Part shown: positions 19,692 through 29,764 of the stretch, piece by piece
Layout: every line of letters begins with the position of its first letter
Numbering within the stretch: position 1 is the first letter of the stretch
Assembly (NCBI GenBank): GCA_947626975.1
Contig: CANQUF010000003.1
Coordinates: forward strand, 26,174-90,173
From: an uncultured Clostridia bacterium
GTDB lineage: Bacteria > Bacillota > Clostridia > TANB77 > CAG-465
Direction: 5' to 3'
DNA: 64,000 nucleotides
The notes under the pieces: generated by a model
Databases searched by the model: none
What the model was told of the DNA's origin: nothing
What the model saw: only the letters and a program-made list of their open reading frames with translations
Translations under genes and position numbers: made by a program

Positions 19692-19718
19692 TACTCCACA
19701 TTTATGTGTGGAGTTTTT
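19692..19718 (+). terminator. Rho-independent terminator after rpmF
   Basis: Stem ACTCCACA/TGTGGAGT followed by a T-run. Confidence 0.7.
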
Positions 19719-19735
19719 AAATTTTAGGAGTAATT

Positions 19736-20446
19736 ATGAATTTAAATGTATTGTATGAGGATAATCATATAATTGTAGTAGTAAAACAACCCAAAATACC
19801 AGTACAACAAGATAAAACAGGTGATATAGATTTACTAACAATTATAAAGAAGTATCTAAAAGAAAAGTATAATAAACCAGGCAATGTATATTTAGGACTT
19901 GTACATAGACTAGATAGAATGGTAGGTGGCGTTATGGTATTTGCTAAAACATCAAAGGCTGCTTCACGTTTGTCTGAGTATATAAGAAATCACGATGTAA
20001 AAAAGAAATATTTGGCTATTGTAAATGGAAAATTGCCAATTAATGAAAAAGTAGTAACACTTGAAAATTACTTATATAAAGATGAAAGGAAAAATATTAG
20101 TAAAGTAGTTACAAAATCTAAAAGCAATTCCAAATTAGCTATTCTTGACTATAAAGTAAAATCAAATTTTACTTTCAATAATAAAAATTATTCGCTTGTT
20201 GATATTTCTTTAAAAACAGGACGTCATCATCAAATTAGAGTACAGTTTGCAAATATTTCACATCCTCTATATGGGGATATAAAATATGGACAAAAAATAA
20301 ATAAAGTTGGAGAAAATTTAGCATTATGGTCATATTATTTATCATTTTTTCATCCTACTAAGGATGAATATTTGGAATTTAAATTTATGCCATATGAACA
20401 AGCAAATCATGACAAAATATGGGAGAGAGGAATAAATGGAATTTGA
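19736..20446 (+). CDS. RluA-family pseudouridine synthase
   Basis: HRLDRMVGGVMVFAK catalytic-Asp motif and GRHHQIRVQ motif. Confidence 0.8.
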   Translation: MNLNVLYEDNHIIVVVKQPKIPVQQDKTGDIDLLTIIKKYLKEKYNKPGNVYLGLVHRLDRMVGGVMVFAKTSKAASRLSEYIRNHDVKKKYLAIVNGKLPINEKVVTLENYLYKDERKNISKVVTKSKSNSKLAILDYKVKSNFTFNNKNYSLVDISLKTGRHHQIRVQFANISHPLYGDIKYGQKINKVGENLALWSYYLSFFHPTKDEYLEFKFMPYEQANHDKIWERGINGI

Positions 20447-21551
20447 TATTTTAAAATCAGGTTTAAATGATATAAAAGAGGTTTTTGAAAGAACTAAAAG
20501 TGCATTACATCTTGATGAAAAAATGAAAGAGCTTGAAAAATTGGAGCATGAAACTTTAGAAGAAGGGTTTTGGGAAGATAACAATAAATCTTCAAAAGTG
20601 CTTTTCAAAGTTAAGTATATAAAATCTGAAATTGATAAGATAGAAAAAATCAATACAGATATTTCTGAATGTATGGGATATATAGAACTTGCAGAAGAAT
20701 TAAATGATATAGAAAGTTATAAAGAAGCACAAAAACTAATAAGTATTTTAAATGAAAAAGTAGAAAAATTAGAAATTGATACACTTCTATCTGGGGAATA
20801 TGATAAGAATAATGCAATACTTACAATTCATCCAGGTGCTGGAGGAACTGAATCTCATGATTGGGCCTTAATGTTATACAGGATGTATACAAGATGGATA
20901 AGTAAATCTAGTTTTGAAATAGAAGTATTAGATATACAAGATGGAGATGAAGCTGGCATTAAAAGTGTTTCTATTTTGGTTAAAGGAATAAATGCATATG
21001 GATATTTAAAAGGCGAAAGTGGAGTACATAGGCTTGTTAGAATATCACCATTTGATGCAAATAGTAGAAGACATACTTCGTTTGCTGCAGTAGAAGTAAT
21101 TCCTGAAATATCTGATGATATACAGATTGATATAAATCCTGATGATATACAAATGGATGTATATAGAGCAAGTGGTGCAGGAGGACAGCATGTTAATAAA
21201 ACATCTTCTGCTGTAAGACTTAAACATATTCCTAGTGGCATTGTTGTTACTTGTCAGACTGAAAGATCACAACTTCAAAATAGAGAAAATGCAATGAAAA
21301 TGTTAAAAGCCAAATTGTACAATAAGCAAAGAGAAGAGCATGATAAAAAAATGAAAGAAATTAAAGGAAAAAGCTTAGATAACGCATGGGGAAGTCAAAT
21401 TAGATCTTATGTTTTTTGCCCATATACGTTAGTAAAAGATCATAGAACAAACTATGAAGTAGGAAATGTACAGGCAGTAATGGATGGAAATTTAGACCAA
21501 TTTATATTTGAATATTTGAAATTTAATAAAAAGTATGATATAATTATGTAA
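20436..21551 (+). CDS. prfB: Peptide chain release factor 2 (uninterrupted, no programmed frameshift)
   Basis: SPF tripeptide (RISPFDA) and GGQ (SGAGGQHVN). A single ORF covers the full length. Confidence 0.9.
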   Translation: MEFDILKSGLNDIKEVFERTKSALHLDEKMKELEKLEHETLEEGFWEDNNKSSKVLFKVKYIKSEIDKIEKINTDISECMGYIELAEELNDIESYKEAQKLISILNEKVEKLEIDTLLSGEYDKNNAILTIHPGAGGTESHDWALMLYRMYTRWISKSSFEIEVLDIQDGDEAGIKSVSILVKGINAYGYLKGESGVHRLVRISPFDANSRRHTSFAAVEVIPEISDDIQIDINPDDIQMDVYRASGAGGQHVNKTSSAVRLKHIPSGIVVTCQTERSQLQNRENAMKMLKAKLYNKQREEHDKKMKEIKGKSLDNAWGSQIRSYVFCPYTLVKDHRTNYEVGNVQAVMDGNLDQFIFEYLKFNKKYDIIM

Positions 21552-21575
21552 TAAAAATGTAAGGAGGAAAGGCAA

Positions 21576-22190
21576 ATGACTAACCGGAAGACGATAATAT
21601 TTGATTTTGACGGAACACTCACACATTTTAGAAAAATTGATAATATGATAATTAAAGATATCTTTTATGGACATAATTTAATACTTTTTTTAGATAAGTT
21701 TTTATGGCTTATCAATGGGTTAGGAATTATTGGAAACTCTATGTTTGGATTAAAGATAAGGCTTTATCTTTATTCACTATTTAGTTTTAAGACAACTAAA
21801 AAATATATTAATGTACTTTTAAGTTATAAAGAAAACTATATAAAACTTTCAAGTACTTTAGAAGATGATATAATTAGTACATTAAGAAATATAAAAAAAA
21901 GATATAACGTTATCATAATATCGAATAATTACTTTGCAAAAGATATTGTAATTGATGGAGTAAAAGTGGAATATTCATATAAAAAAAGAATTTTATTTAA
22001 TAAAGAGCGGAGAAATAATGATGTCAGATATATAGTTGGGGACAATTTATTTGATGATTATAGAAACTCTAAAAATGTTCCTTTTATATATGTAGGCAAA
22101 AGTAAACTTATGCGCTTTATATTAAAGCTTAACTTTTTAAAAAAGTCAATTATAATTGATTGTTTAAAACAAATAGAGGACGTAGTTTAA
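21576..22190 (+). CDS. HAD-superfamily hydrolase
   Basis: Motif I IIFDFDGTLTHF and a distal GDN..D motif. Confidence 0.65.
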   Translation: MTNRKTIIFDFDGTLTHFRKIDNMIIKDIFYGHNLILFLDKFLWLINGLGIIGNSMFGLKIRLYLYSLFSFKTTKKYINVLLSYKENYIKLSSTLEDDIISTLRNIKKRYNVIIISNNYFAKDIVIDGVKVEYSYKKRILFNKERRNNDVRYIVGDNLFDDYRNSKNVPFIYVGKSKLMRFILKLNFLKKSIIIDCLKQIEDVV

Positions 22191-22210
22191 TATATACGTC
22201 CTTTTTTTTG
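22177..22210 (+). terminator. Rho-independent terminator
   Basis: Stem AGGACGTA/TACGTCCT followed by T8. Overlaps the stop codon. Confidence 0.75.
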
Positions 22211-22402
22211 TATAATAAAAATTACTAAAAAACATTATATAAGAAAATATTAAAAAAATATATGTGATGTTTCTTATCATCAAGTTATCATTTTATAGTA
22301 GTTTTACTTTTAAAATAATAAATATTTACTTTTAGTAAATTTAATACTTTATTCTGTAATTTAAAAACCGTAATATTTAATATCATAAATTAACTTTTTT
22401 AC

Positions 22403-22431
22403 TTGAACAATCTTTTAAAGTGTAGTATAAT
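22403..22431 (+). promoter_or_regulatory. sigmaA-type promoter for pnp
   Basis: TTGAAC (22403-22408), 17-nt spacer, TATAAT (22426-22431). Confidence 0.5.
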
Positions 22432-22442
22432 ATTTTCATATT

Positions 22443-22515
22443 ATTAAGATGCAAGTTGTAGTAATAATTTGTGTACATACTATATATGTATAGAAATTAT
22501 TATTACAGCATCTTA
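22443..22515 (+). promoter_or_regulatory. Long imperfect hairpin in the pnp 5' leader
   Basis: The outer arms TTAAGATGC/GCATCTTAA pair perfectly. The inner arms TGTAGTAATAATTT/AAATTATTATTACA pair with one mismatch and a 4-nt bulge. The hairpin ends 20 nt before the pnp start codon. Confidence 0.45.
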
Positions 22516-22535
22516 AAATATTTAGGAGGAAAAAT

Positions 22536-24644
22536 ATGTTTAAAAAATTTGAAACAACTTTTGCAGGAAAAAGTTTGATTGTTGAGACTGGAAAGATGGC
22601 ACCACTTGCTAATGGTTCTTGTCTAGTAAGATATGGTGATACATCTGTTTTAGTAAATGCTACTATGTCTAAAGAACCAAAAGATGGTATTGATTTCTTA
22701 CCATTATCTGTAGATTATGAAGAAAGATTGTATTCTGTAGGTAAAATACCAGGTGGATACATAAAAAGAGAAGGAAAACCTTCAACTAAGGCTATTCTTG
22801 TATCAAGAGTAATTGATAGGCCACTACGCCCATTATTCCCTAAAGATTATAGAAATGATACATCAATTAATGCATTAGTATTAGCAGTTGATCCTGATAT
22901 ATTACCTGAGATTCCAGCAATGATAGGTGCTTCAATTGCACTTAATATATCAGATATTCCTTTTGATAAATTAGTAGCTGCAGTAAAAGTTGGAATGATA
23001 AATGACGAATTTGTGTTAAATCCTAATTTAGAGCAAAGAGAAATTTCAAAATTAGATTTAACTGTTGCAGCAACTGATGAAAAAATATGTATGATAGAAG
23101 CAGGTGCAGACCAAGTACCAGACGATAAAATGCTAGAAGCTATAAAATGTGCTCATAAAGAGATAAAAAAGGTTTGTGAATTTATTAAACAAATAAGAGA
23201 AGAAGTAGGTAAGCCAAAAGCTGAGTACAAGTCTTTTACTGTTCCTGATGAAATTGTAAATTTTATTGACATGCTTGCAACAGAAAAAATGAAAGAAGCT
23301 GTACAAACTAAAAGTAAAACTAATAGAGATGAAAATGTAAGTAAAGTAAATACATATGTTATTGAAAAGTACATTGAAAAATATGGTCAAGAAGAATATG
23401 ATATTAATAAGTCTTTAATTAATGAAGCTTTATATAAAGCAGAGAAAAAAGCTGTAAGGTCTCTTGTAATAGATGAAAGTAAAAGAGTAGATGGAAGAAA
23501 AGATGATGAAATAAGAGAACTTAGTGCAGAAGTAGGACTTTTTAATAGAGTACATGGAAGTGCATTATTTACTAGAGGATTAACTCAAGTATTATCTTTA
23601 GTTACTCTTGGAAGTATATCTGATGAACAAACGTTCGATGGTATAGATGAAGAAGTAACAAAAAGATATATGCATCATTATAATATGCCAGGATATAGCG
23701 TAGGTGAGGCAAAGCCAGCACGTGGACCTGGCCGTCGTGAAATTGGACATGGTGCTTTAGCAGAGCGTGCTTTAGAGCCAGTAATACCTTCTAAAGAGGA
23801 ATTTCCATATACAATTAGAGTGGTATCAGAAGTATTAAGCTCTAATGGTTCAACATCACAAGGAAGTATTTGTGGATCTACACTTGCCCTAATGGATGCA
23901 GGTGTCCCTATTAAAGAACCAGTTGCAGGAATCTCTACAGGATTATTTACAAATAATGGAGATACTTCTGATTATACTATGGTAACTGATATTCAAGGAA
24001 TTGAAGATTTCTTTGGAGATATGGATTTTAAAGTTGGTGGCACAAAAAATGGAATAACTGCTATACAAGTAGATATAAAAATAGATGGTCTTACATATGA
24101 AATAATAGAAGAAGCTTTTGCAAGAACTAAAAAAGCCAGAGAATATATTTTAAATGAGGTAATGTTAAAAGCAATTGATAAACCTCGTGAGAATATATCT
24201 AAATATGCACCAAAAATTGAAATAATAAAAATAGATCCTACAAAAATTGGGGATGTAATAGGTGCAGGTGGAAAAACAATAAATAAAATAATTGAAGAAA
24301 CTAAAGTAAAAATAGATATAGAAGATGATGGTAAAGTATTTATATCAAGTACTGAACAAGAAATGATAGATAAAGCAATAAATATTATAACTTCTTTGAC
24401 TGAAGATGTAGAACTTGGTAAAACATATATGGGTAAAGTAACACGAATACTTCAATTTGGAGCTTTAGTTGAAATACTACCAGGAAAAGAAGGTTTGTTA
24501 CATATATCTAAAATTTCTAATCAAAGAATAAATAAAGTTGAAGATGCTTTAAAAGTAGGAGATGAAATACTAGTAAAAGTTATTGAAATGAATAAAGAAG
24601 ATGGTAAATTTAATTTAACAGCAAAAGATCTTATGAAAGTTTAG
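22536..24644 (+). CDS. pnp: Polyribonucleotide nucleotidyltransferase (PNPase)
   Basis: Two RNase PH domains followed by KH and S1 domains. Conserved blocks are present throughout. Confidence 0.92.
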   Translation: MFKKFETTFAGKSLIVETGKMAPLANGSCLVRYGDTSVLVNATMSKEPKDGIDFLPLSVDYEERLYSVGKIPGGYIKREGKPSTKAILVSRVIDRPLRPLFPKDYRNDTSINALVLAVDPDILPEIPAMIGASIALNISDIPFDKLVAAVKVGMINDEFVLNPNLEQREISKLDLTVAATDEKICMIEAGADQVPDDKMLEAIKCAHKEIKKVCEFIKQIREEVGKPKAEYKSFTVPDEIVNFIDMLATEKMKEAVQTKSKTNRDENVSKVNTYVIEKYIEKYGQEEYDINKSLINEALYKAEKKAVRSLVIDESKRVDGRKDDEIRELSAEVGLFNRVHGSALFTRGLTQVLSLVTLGSISDEQTFDGIDEEVTKRYMHHYNMPGYSVGEAKPARGPGRREIGHGALAERALEPVIPSKEEFPYTIRVVSEVLSSNGSTSQGSICGSTLALMDAGVPIKEPVAGISTGLFTNNGDTSDYTMVTDIQGIEDFFGDMDFKVGGTKNGITAIQVDIKIDGLTYEIIEEAFARTKKAREYILNEVMLKAIDKPRENISKYAPKIEIIKIDPTKIGDVIGAGGKTINKIIEETKVKIDIEDDGKVFISSTEQEMIDKAINIITSLTEDVELGKTYMGKVTRILQFGALVEILPGKEGLLHISKISNQRINKVEDALKVGDEILVKVIEMNKEDGKFNLTAKDLMKV

Positions 24645-24656
24645 GTGTTTTATATT

Positions 24657-25478
24657 ATGCAAATATATGCCTTTGTAGGTAAAACAGGGACTGGAAAAAG
24701 TTATAATGCACAAAAAGTTGCAAAAAAATATGATATTGAGTATATTATTGATGATGCAATACTTATAAAAAACAATAGAGTAATTGCAGGGAAATCTGCT
24801 AAAACAGAAGCAAATTCAATTGCTTCTGTTAAAGCTGCAATCTTTTTATTTGATGATAGAAAAAATGAAATGATAAAGGCAATAAAAAAAGAAAATCCAG
24901 ATAAGATTTTGATATTAGGTACTTCAGATGCAATGGTAGAAAAAATAGCTTCAAATTTAAAATTACCAGAAATATATCAAACTATATATATAACTGATAT
25001 AGCTTCACCAAAGCAAATAGAAGAAGCCAGGCGTTCAAGAATAGAGGAAGGTAAACATATAGTACCAGTACCAACTTTTGAAATAAAGAAGCAATTTTCT
25101 GGATATTTTTTAGATTCTCTAAAAGTATTTAATATATTTAATAATAGTCAGGGAAAAATAAGTACAGAGTCAACTGAAAAAACTATTATTAGACCAACTT
25201 ATAGTTATCTTGGTAATTTTTATATTTCCGATACTGTTATAAATCGTATAATTTCATATACTGTTTGTAGAATTGAAGGGGTTACTAGGGTCTTTAAAGT
25301 TACTACTCAAAACTATAGTAATGGAATGAAATTAGATATTGATATAGAGGTAAAATTTGGCATTCATTTACCAGAATTGAGTAATAATATTAAAAATGCT
25401 GTTATTTTTTCAGTTGATTATATGACAGGATTGAATTTGTATTCTATAAATATAAATATAAAGTCAATAAAAAGATAA
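24657..25478 (+). CDS. P-loop NTPase fused to an Asp23/Gls24-like domain
   Basis: N-terminal GKTGTGKS Walker A. The C-terminal ~100 aa has the Asp23-family pattern (ISDTVINRIISYTVCRIEGV...). AGGTG RBS sits 10 nt before ATG 24657. Confidence 0.6.
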   Translation: MQIYAFVGKTGTGKSYNAQKVAKKYDIEYIIDDAILIKNNRVIAGKSAKTEANSIASVKAAIFLFDDRKNEMIKAIKKENPDKILILGTSDAMVEKIASNLKLPEIYQTIYITDIASPKQIEEARRSRIEEGKHIVPVPTFEIKKQFSGYFLDSLKVFNIFNNSQGKISTESTEKTIIRPTYSYLGNFYISDTVINRIISYTVCRIEGVTRVFKVTTQNYSNGMKLDIDIEVKFGIHLPELSNNIKNAVIFSVDYMTGLNLYSININIKSIKR

Positions 25479-25546
25479 ACAAGCGTTGCAAAAATATTGA
25501 AAAATATGAACTAATATAGTAAAATATGTATGAGGTGTATGTTATT

Positions 25547-26338
25547 ATGGAAACGATGAGATATACAGAAACTAAGAAAAGTTCTAAAGGTATTGTGATA
25601 GGCTTAATTTTATTTTTTATAATTGGTGGCGTTGCAATATTTTATTTATTAAATAATCAAAAAGAACCTGATTTTATTGGTCAAGATGATTCTGATATAG
25701 GAAGATTAGTAAATATGGAAAAAGTTAATCCAGATGAACAAAAGATTGAAGCACAAAATATTGAATATAATGTTACAGAAAAGAATTATAATGATACTTC
25801 AAACAAAAAAATTAAAAGCAGTATACAATTACCATATATTTCTATAAATTCTACTGATCTTACAGAATTAAATAGTGAAATTGAATCTAAATATTTAAAT
25901 ATGTTTGAGACATTAAAAGAACAAAATAAAAATGCTGATAATAATTATACATATATTGTATCATATAATGTATATGATAATATGATAGATACAAAAAAGA
26001 TTATATCTGTTACTATTTATGATAGAATAAGAGATGATAGTTCTAAAAAAAATACTATGGATAAAATAACAACATATAATATTGATTCAGTTACTTCTGA
26101 ACAAGTTAATCAAACAGAAGTTGCTCTTTTGATGTTTGGAAAAGACTATAAAAGCAAAATTAATGAAGAAGTAAAAAAATATGTTATATCAAATAATATG
26201 GCAAAAGAAAATGAATTTACATATACATGGACAGGTCTTGAATCTTTTTACATAAAAGACGGAAAATTCCATATTGTATTTAATTCAGGAACTATCGTTG
26301 ATGAAAAGTATAATGTATTAGATATAACTATAGAATAA
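25547..26338 (+). CDS. Membrane-anchored hypothetical protein
   Basis: Single N-terminal TM (GIVIGLILFFIIGGVAIFYLL) and an extracytoplasmic domain of unknown family. Confidence 0.55.
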   Translation: METMRYTETKKSSKGIVIGLILFFIIGGVAIFYLLNNQKEPDFIGQDDSDIGRLVNMEKVNPDEQKIEAQNIEYNVTEKNYNDTSNKKIKSSIQLPYISINSTDLTELNSEIESKYLNMFETLKEQNKNADNNYTYIVSYNVYDNMIDTKKIISVTIYDRIRDDSSKKNTMDKITTYNIDSVTSEQVNQTEVALLMFGKDYKSKINEEVKKYVISNNMAKENEFTYTWTGLESFYIKDGKFHIVFNSGTIVDEKYNVLDITIE

Positions 26339-26375
26339 AATTTAAATAGATTAAGAAATAGGAGTGATATTTAAA

Positions 26376-27740
26376 ATGTTAGAATCTATGGAAAAGATAG
26401 TTGCATTATGCAAATCTAGAGGATATATATACCCAGGTTCTGAAATATATGGTGGACTTGCCAATACTTGGGATTATGGTCCTTTAGGTGTTGAACTTAA
26501 AAATAATATAAAAAAAGCATGGTGGAAAAAATTTATACAAGAAAACAAAAATAGTTTTGGTTTAGATGCTGCTATACTTATGAATCCAAAGGTATGGGAA
26601 GCTTCAGGTCATGTTGGAAGTTTTTCTGATCCTTTAATTGATTGTAAAGAATGTAAAACTAGACATAGAGCTGATAAATTAATTGAATCATATACTGATA
26701 AGATTAATCCAGACACTTTAAATGATGATGAGTTATATAAATACATTATAGAAAACAAAATTCCATGTCCAAATTGTGGTAAGGTAAATTATACACAAAT
26801 TAGAGAATTTAATTTGATGTTTGAAACAAGAAGAGGAGTAGTAAAACAAAATTCGGATATTGTATATTTAAGACCTGAAACTGCTCAAGGAGAATTTGTA
26901 AATTTTCTTAATGTATTAAGAACTTCAAGAGCTAAAATACCATTTGGAATAGGACAGATAGGTAAAGCTTTTAGAAATGAAATAACACCTGGTAATTTTA
27001 CTTTTAGAACTATTGAATTTGAACAAATGGAGCATCAATGGTTTTGTAAAGAAGGTACAGATAGTGCATTTTATGAAGAATATAAAAATAAGCAAATGGA
27101 ATTTATTACTTCAATTGGAATTAACAGAGAAAATCTAAGATTTAAAGATCATGAAAAATTAGCCCATTATGCAAAACAGGCATGTGATATTCAATTTAAA
27201 TATCCACATGGTTGGGATGAACTTTGTGGAACACATAATAGAACTAACTATGATCTTTCAAGGCATCAAGAATATAGTTCTAAATCTATGGAATATTTAG
27301 ATCCTGAAACATCTGAAAAGTATGTTCCTTATGTTATTGAAGCTTCTCTTGGTTGTGATAGACTTGCTTTAGCTATTTTATGTGATGCATACAACGAAGA
27401 AAAATTAGATGATAATGACACAAGAATAGTTTTAAAATTAAATCCAGTAATTGCTCCAATCAAGATTGCAATATTACCACTTTCTAAAAAATTAAGTGAT
27501 AAAGCAGATGAAATATATGACATGTTATCAAAGAAATTTATGTGTGACTATGATGAAGCAGGTAGCATTGGAAAGAGATATAGAAGACAAGATGAGATAG
27601 GAACACCATATTGTATAACTTATGATTTTGACAGTTTAAATGATAATTGTGTTACTATAAGGGATAGAGATACAATGAGTCAAGAAAGAGTAAAAATTGA
27701 AAATTTATTAAAATGGTTTGAAAATAAATTTGAAATATAA
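26376..27740 (+). CDS. glyQS: Glycine--tRNA ligase (dimeric class II type)
   Basis: The N-terminus IVALCKSRGYIYPGSEIYGGLANTWDYGPLGVELKNN matches the GlyQS family, and class II motifs are present. Confidence 0.9.
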   Translation: MLESMEKIVALCKSRGYIYPGSEIYGGLANTWDYGPLGVELKNNIKKAWWKKFIQENKNSFGLDAAILMNPKVWEASGHVGSFSDPLIDCKECKTRHRADKLIESYTDKINPDTLNDDELYKYIIENKIPCPNCGKVNYTQIREFNLMFETRRGVVKQNSDIVYLRPETAQGEFVNFLNVLRTSRAKIPFGIGQIGKAFRNEITPGNFTFRTIEFEQMEHQWFCKEGTDSAFYEEYKNKQMEFITSIGINRENLRFKDHEKLAHYAKQACDIQFKYPHGWDELCGTHNRTNYDLSRHQEYSSKSMEYLDPETSEKYVPYVIEASLGCDRLALAILCDAYNEEKLDDNDTRIVLKLNPVIAPIKIAILPLSKKLSDKADEIYDMLSKKFMCDYDEAGSIGKRYRRQDEIGTPYCITYDFDSLNDNCVTIRDRDTMSQERVKIENLLKWFENKFEI

Positions 27741-27760
27741 AGTATTAAGGTGGTGTAAAG

Positions 27761-27880
27761 ATGAATAAGAAAGAAGATAAAAAGAAAGTTATAATTAAAT
27801 ATATAATTGTTGGTATTTTATTATTCTCTATGGTATTTACTGTATTTACTGCACTAATTTCTGCTATTCAAAATGCTTAA
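27761..27880 (+). CDS. Possible 39-aa membrane peptide upstream of cdaA
   Basis: AAGGTGGTG RBS. Basic N-terminus followed by one TM helix (IIVGILLFSMVFTVFTALISAI). Too short for the supplied ORF track. Confidence 0.35.
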   Translation: MNKKEDKKKVIIKYIIVGILLFSMVFTVFTALISAIQNA

Positions 27881-27894
27881 GAGGTGAAAATAAT

Positions 27895-28752
27895 ATGTTT
27901 CAAAATTTACAAAAGAAATTTTTAGATATTATATATTGGTTGCATGATATACTACAATTAAATAGTCCAATTAGAGTTGTAATACTCATAATTGATATTG
28001 TAATTGTTTCACTTTTAATTATATATATGTATAAGTTTATAAAAAAGACACGTGCAAGTCAAATATTTAAAGGGATAATATTATTATTTTCTTTATTTAT
28101 AATTGCTAAAATATTTAATATGGTAATTCTAAATTTTATACTTACTAATTTTTTGACTTATGGTGTAGTTCTTTTGATTGTTGTGTTTCAACCTGAGATT
28201 AGAAATGTATTTGAACAAATAGGAAGACAAAAATTAGTGGATGTATTTGATATGAATGGTGATATTCTTGTAAAACATTCAATAAGTGAAATTGTTAAAG
28301 CAGTAGAAATTATGTCCTTGAAAAAAATAGGAGCTCTAATTGTAATACAGAGAAATACTAATATTTCTGAGGTGTTAAAAGAAGGAGTTGCTTTATCTGC
28401 AAAAATTTCATCAGAATTAATTCAAAACATATTTACACCAAGGACACCTTTACATGATGGAGCAATTGTTATAGATAAATCACAAATACTTGCTGCAAAG
28501 TGTATTTTACCACTTGCATCTGAAGTAGCAGTACCAAAAAATCTTGGAACAAGACATAGAGCTGCTATTGGAATTACAGAAATATCAGACGCTTTAGTAG
28601 TTGTAGTCTCAGAAGAGACAGGAACTATTTCACTTGCAGAAGGTAGTAATTTAACAAGAAATTTATCAGGAGATAAATTAAAAGAATTATTATTAACAAA
28701 GCTTGATAGGACAAAAAATAGTCAAGTTATGAAAAATATAGTAAAAAAATAA
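27895..28752 (+). CDS. cdaA: Diadenylate cyclase CdaA
   Basis: Three N-terminal TM helices followed by a DAC domain with LHDGAIVI and GTRHRAA motifs. Confidence 0.88.
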   Translation: MFQNLQKKFLDIIYWLHDILQLNSPIRVVILIIDIVIVSLLIIYMYKFIKKTRASQIFKGIILLFSLFIIAKIFNMVILNFILTNFLTYGVVLLIVVFQPEIRNVFEQIGRQKLVDVFDMNGDILVKHSISEIVKAVEIMSLKKIGALIVIQRNTNISEVLKEGVALSAKISSELIQNIFTPRTPLHDGAIVIDKSQILAAKCILPLASEVAVPKNLGTRHRAAIGITEISDALVVVVSEETGTISLAEGSNLTRNLSGDKLKELLLTKLDRTKNSQVMKNIVKK

Positions 28753-28813
28753 ACTATTAATCATATTAGTAGATATGTTCATATATAATATATTAGTTTT
28801 AATGGAGGTATAT

Positions 28814-29704
28814 ATGAACACTATTTTTTTAGATATAAATGATAATTTTAAAAATTCAGATAGTACCAATAAATTGCATGGAAACTTTATAAATAGAAAA
28901 TTTCTAAAATTTTTTATTTATAAAGATATATTAAATAATAGTTTAGGTAAGAAGATATATATACAGTTTGACATAGAATATTTATATAAATCATTGAAAA
29001 AAGAGAATTTTACAATGAGGCTTTCATTTTTAAAATATTTAATTAATAAAGAATTTACAAACAATGACACTGTAAATTTGGTGTTTAGTAATTTTTTTGA
29101 TGAAAATCAAGATATAAAAGATTTTATTATTAGATTATTAAAGCAAAATTCTTTAATAATTTATGAAGAAATAAAAGAGATTAACGAAATGTCAAAGCAT
29201 GATATGATATATATAGATAGATTCATAGAAAAACAGAATATAAAACTTAATAAATTAAAAATTTTATTTGTTTTAAATGATATAGGTGATTATAATAATG
29301 ATAAAATAAAAGAATACTTATCAAAATATAAATTTTTAGATATATTAATATATAATAACATGGGTAAAATTCAATTAAAAAAAATAACAAAATATGTAGA
29401 TGATATAAATACAGAATATGGTACTACAATTGAAATTATACAAAAGAAAAATATAAGCTCGTATCATGTATATGTTGTTTTTAGTAAAATATCAAAATTA
29501 GATTTTATTGGAAATTATGTATTAAGGAAAAATTCATTATATATTGATTTAAATAATGCAAATGAAGATATACTTTCAACTCCATATTTAGAGTTTGAAA
29601 GACATAAACAAGAATTAGAAGTTATATTTAATAGAATGAATATAGTAATTAATGATTTTAGTATAAATAAACTAGGAGTATTTGCTTTAAAAAATTATAA
29701 ATAG
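28814..29704 (+). CDS. Hypothetical protein occupying the position usually held by cdaR
   Basis: GGAGG RBS before ATG 28814. No TM helix and no motif recognised. Confidence 0.5.
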   Translation: MNTIFLDINDNFKNSDSTNKLHGNFINRKFLKFFIYKDILNNSLGKKIYIQFDIEYLYKSLKKENFTMRLSFLKYLINKEFTNNDTVNLVFSNFFDENQDIKDFIIRLLKQNSLIIYEEIKEINEMSKHDMIYIDRFIEKQNIKLNKLKILFVLNDIGDYNNDKIKEYLSKYKFLDILIYNNMGKIQLKKITKYVDDINTEYGTTIEIIQKKNISSYHVYVVFSKISKLDFIGNYVLRKNSLYIDLNNANEDILSTPYLEFERHKQELEVIFNRMNIVINDFSINKLGVFALKNYK

Positions 29705-29764
29705 TTTATATAACTTGACATATAGTGTATAATATATATGTTATTTTAGGAGGAGATGTATAAA

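Noticed and set aside
20436-20560. Looked for the canonical prfB programmed +1 frameshift (CUU UGA C after ~25 codons)
   Set aside because: The corresponding region reads CAT CTT GAT GAA in a single uninterrupted frame (..SALHLDEK..). This RF2 gene simply lacks the autoregulatory frameshift, as a minority of bacteria do.
21585-21587. Idea that CGG is an unassigned or obligatory-shift codon in this organism
   Set aside because: Eight in-frame CGG codons occur in ORFs that remain open only in the zero frame. They include 21585, about 22005, about 45644, about 45694, 47115, about 11190 (minus) and about 19150 (minus). One of them has the same TTT-CGG-A context as the 32784 frameshift. An obligatory shift is therefore excluded, and only a partial or context-dependent shift or a non-translational explanation remains.
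26339-26375. T-box leaders upstream of glyQS, argS and lysS
   Set aside because: The intergenic spacers are only ~10-50 nt, or overlap the upstream gene. They are far too short for a T-box riboswitch, and no specifier or T-box sequence was seen.
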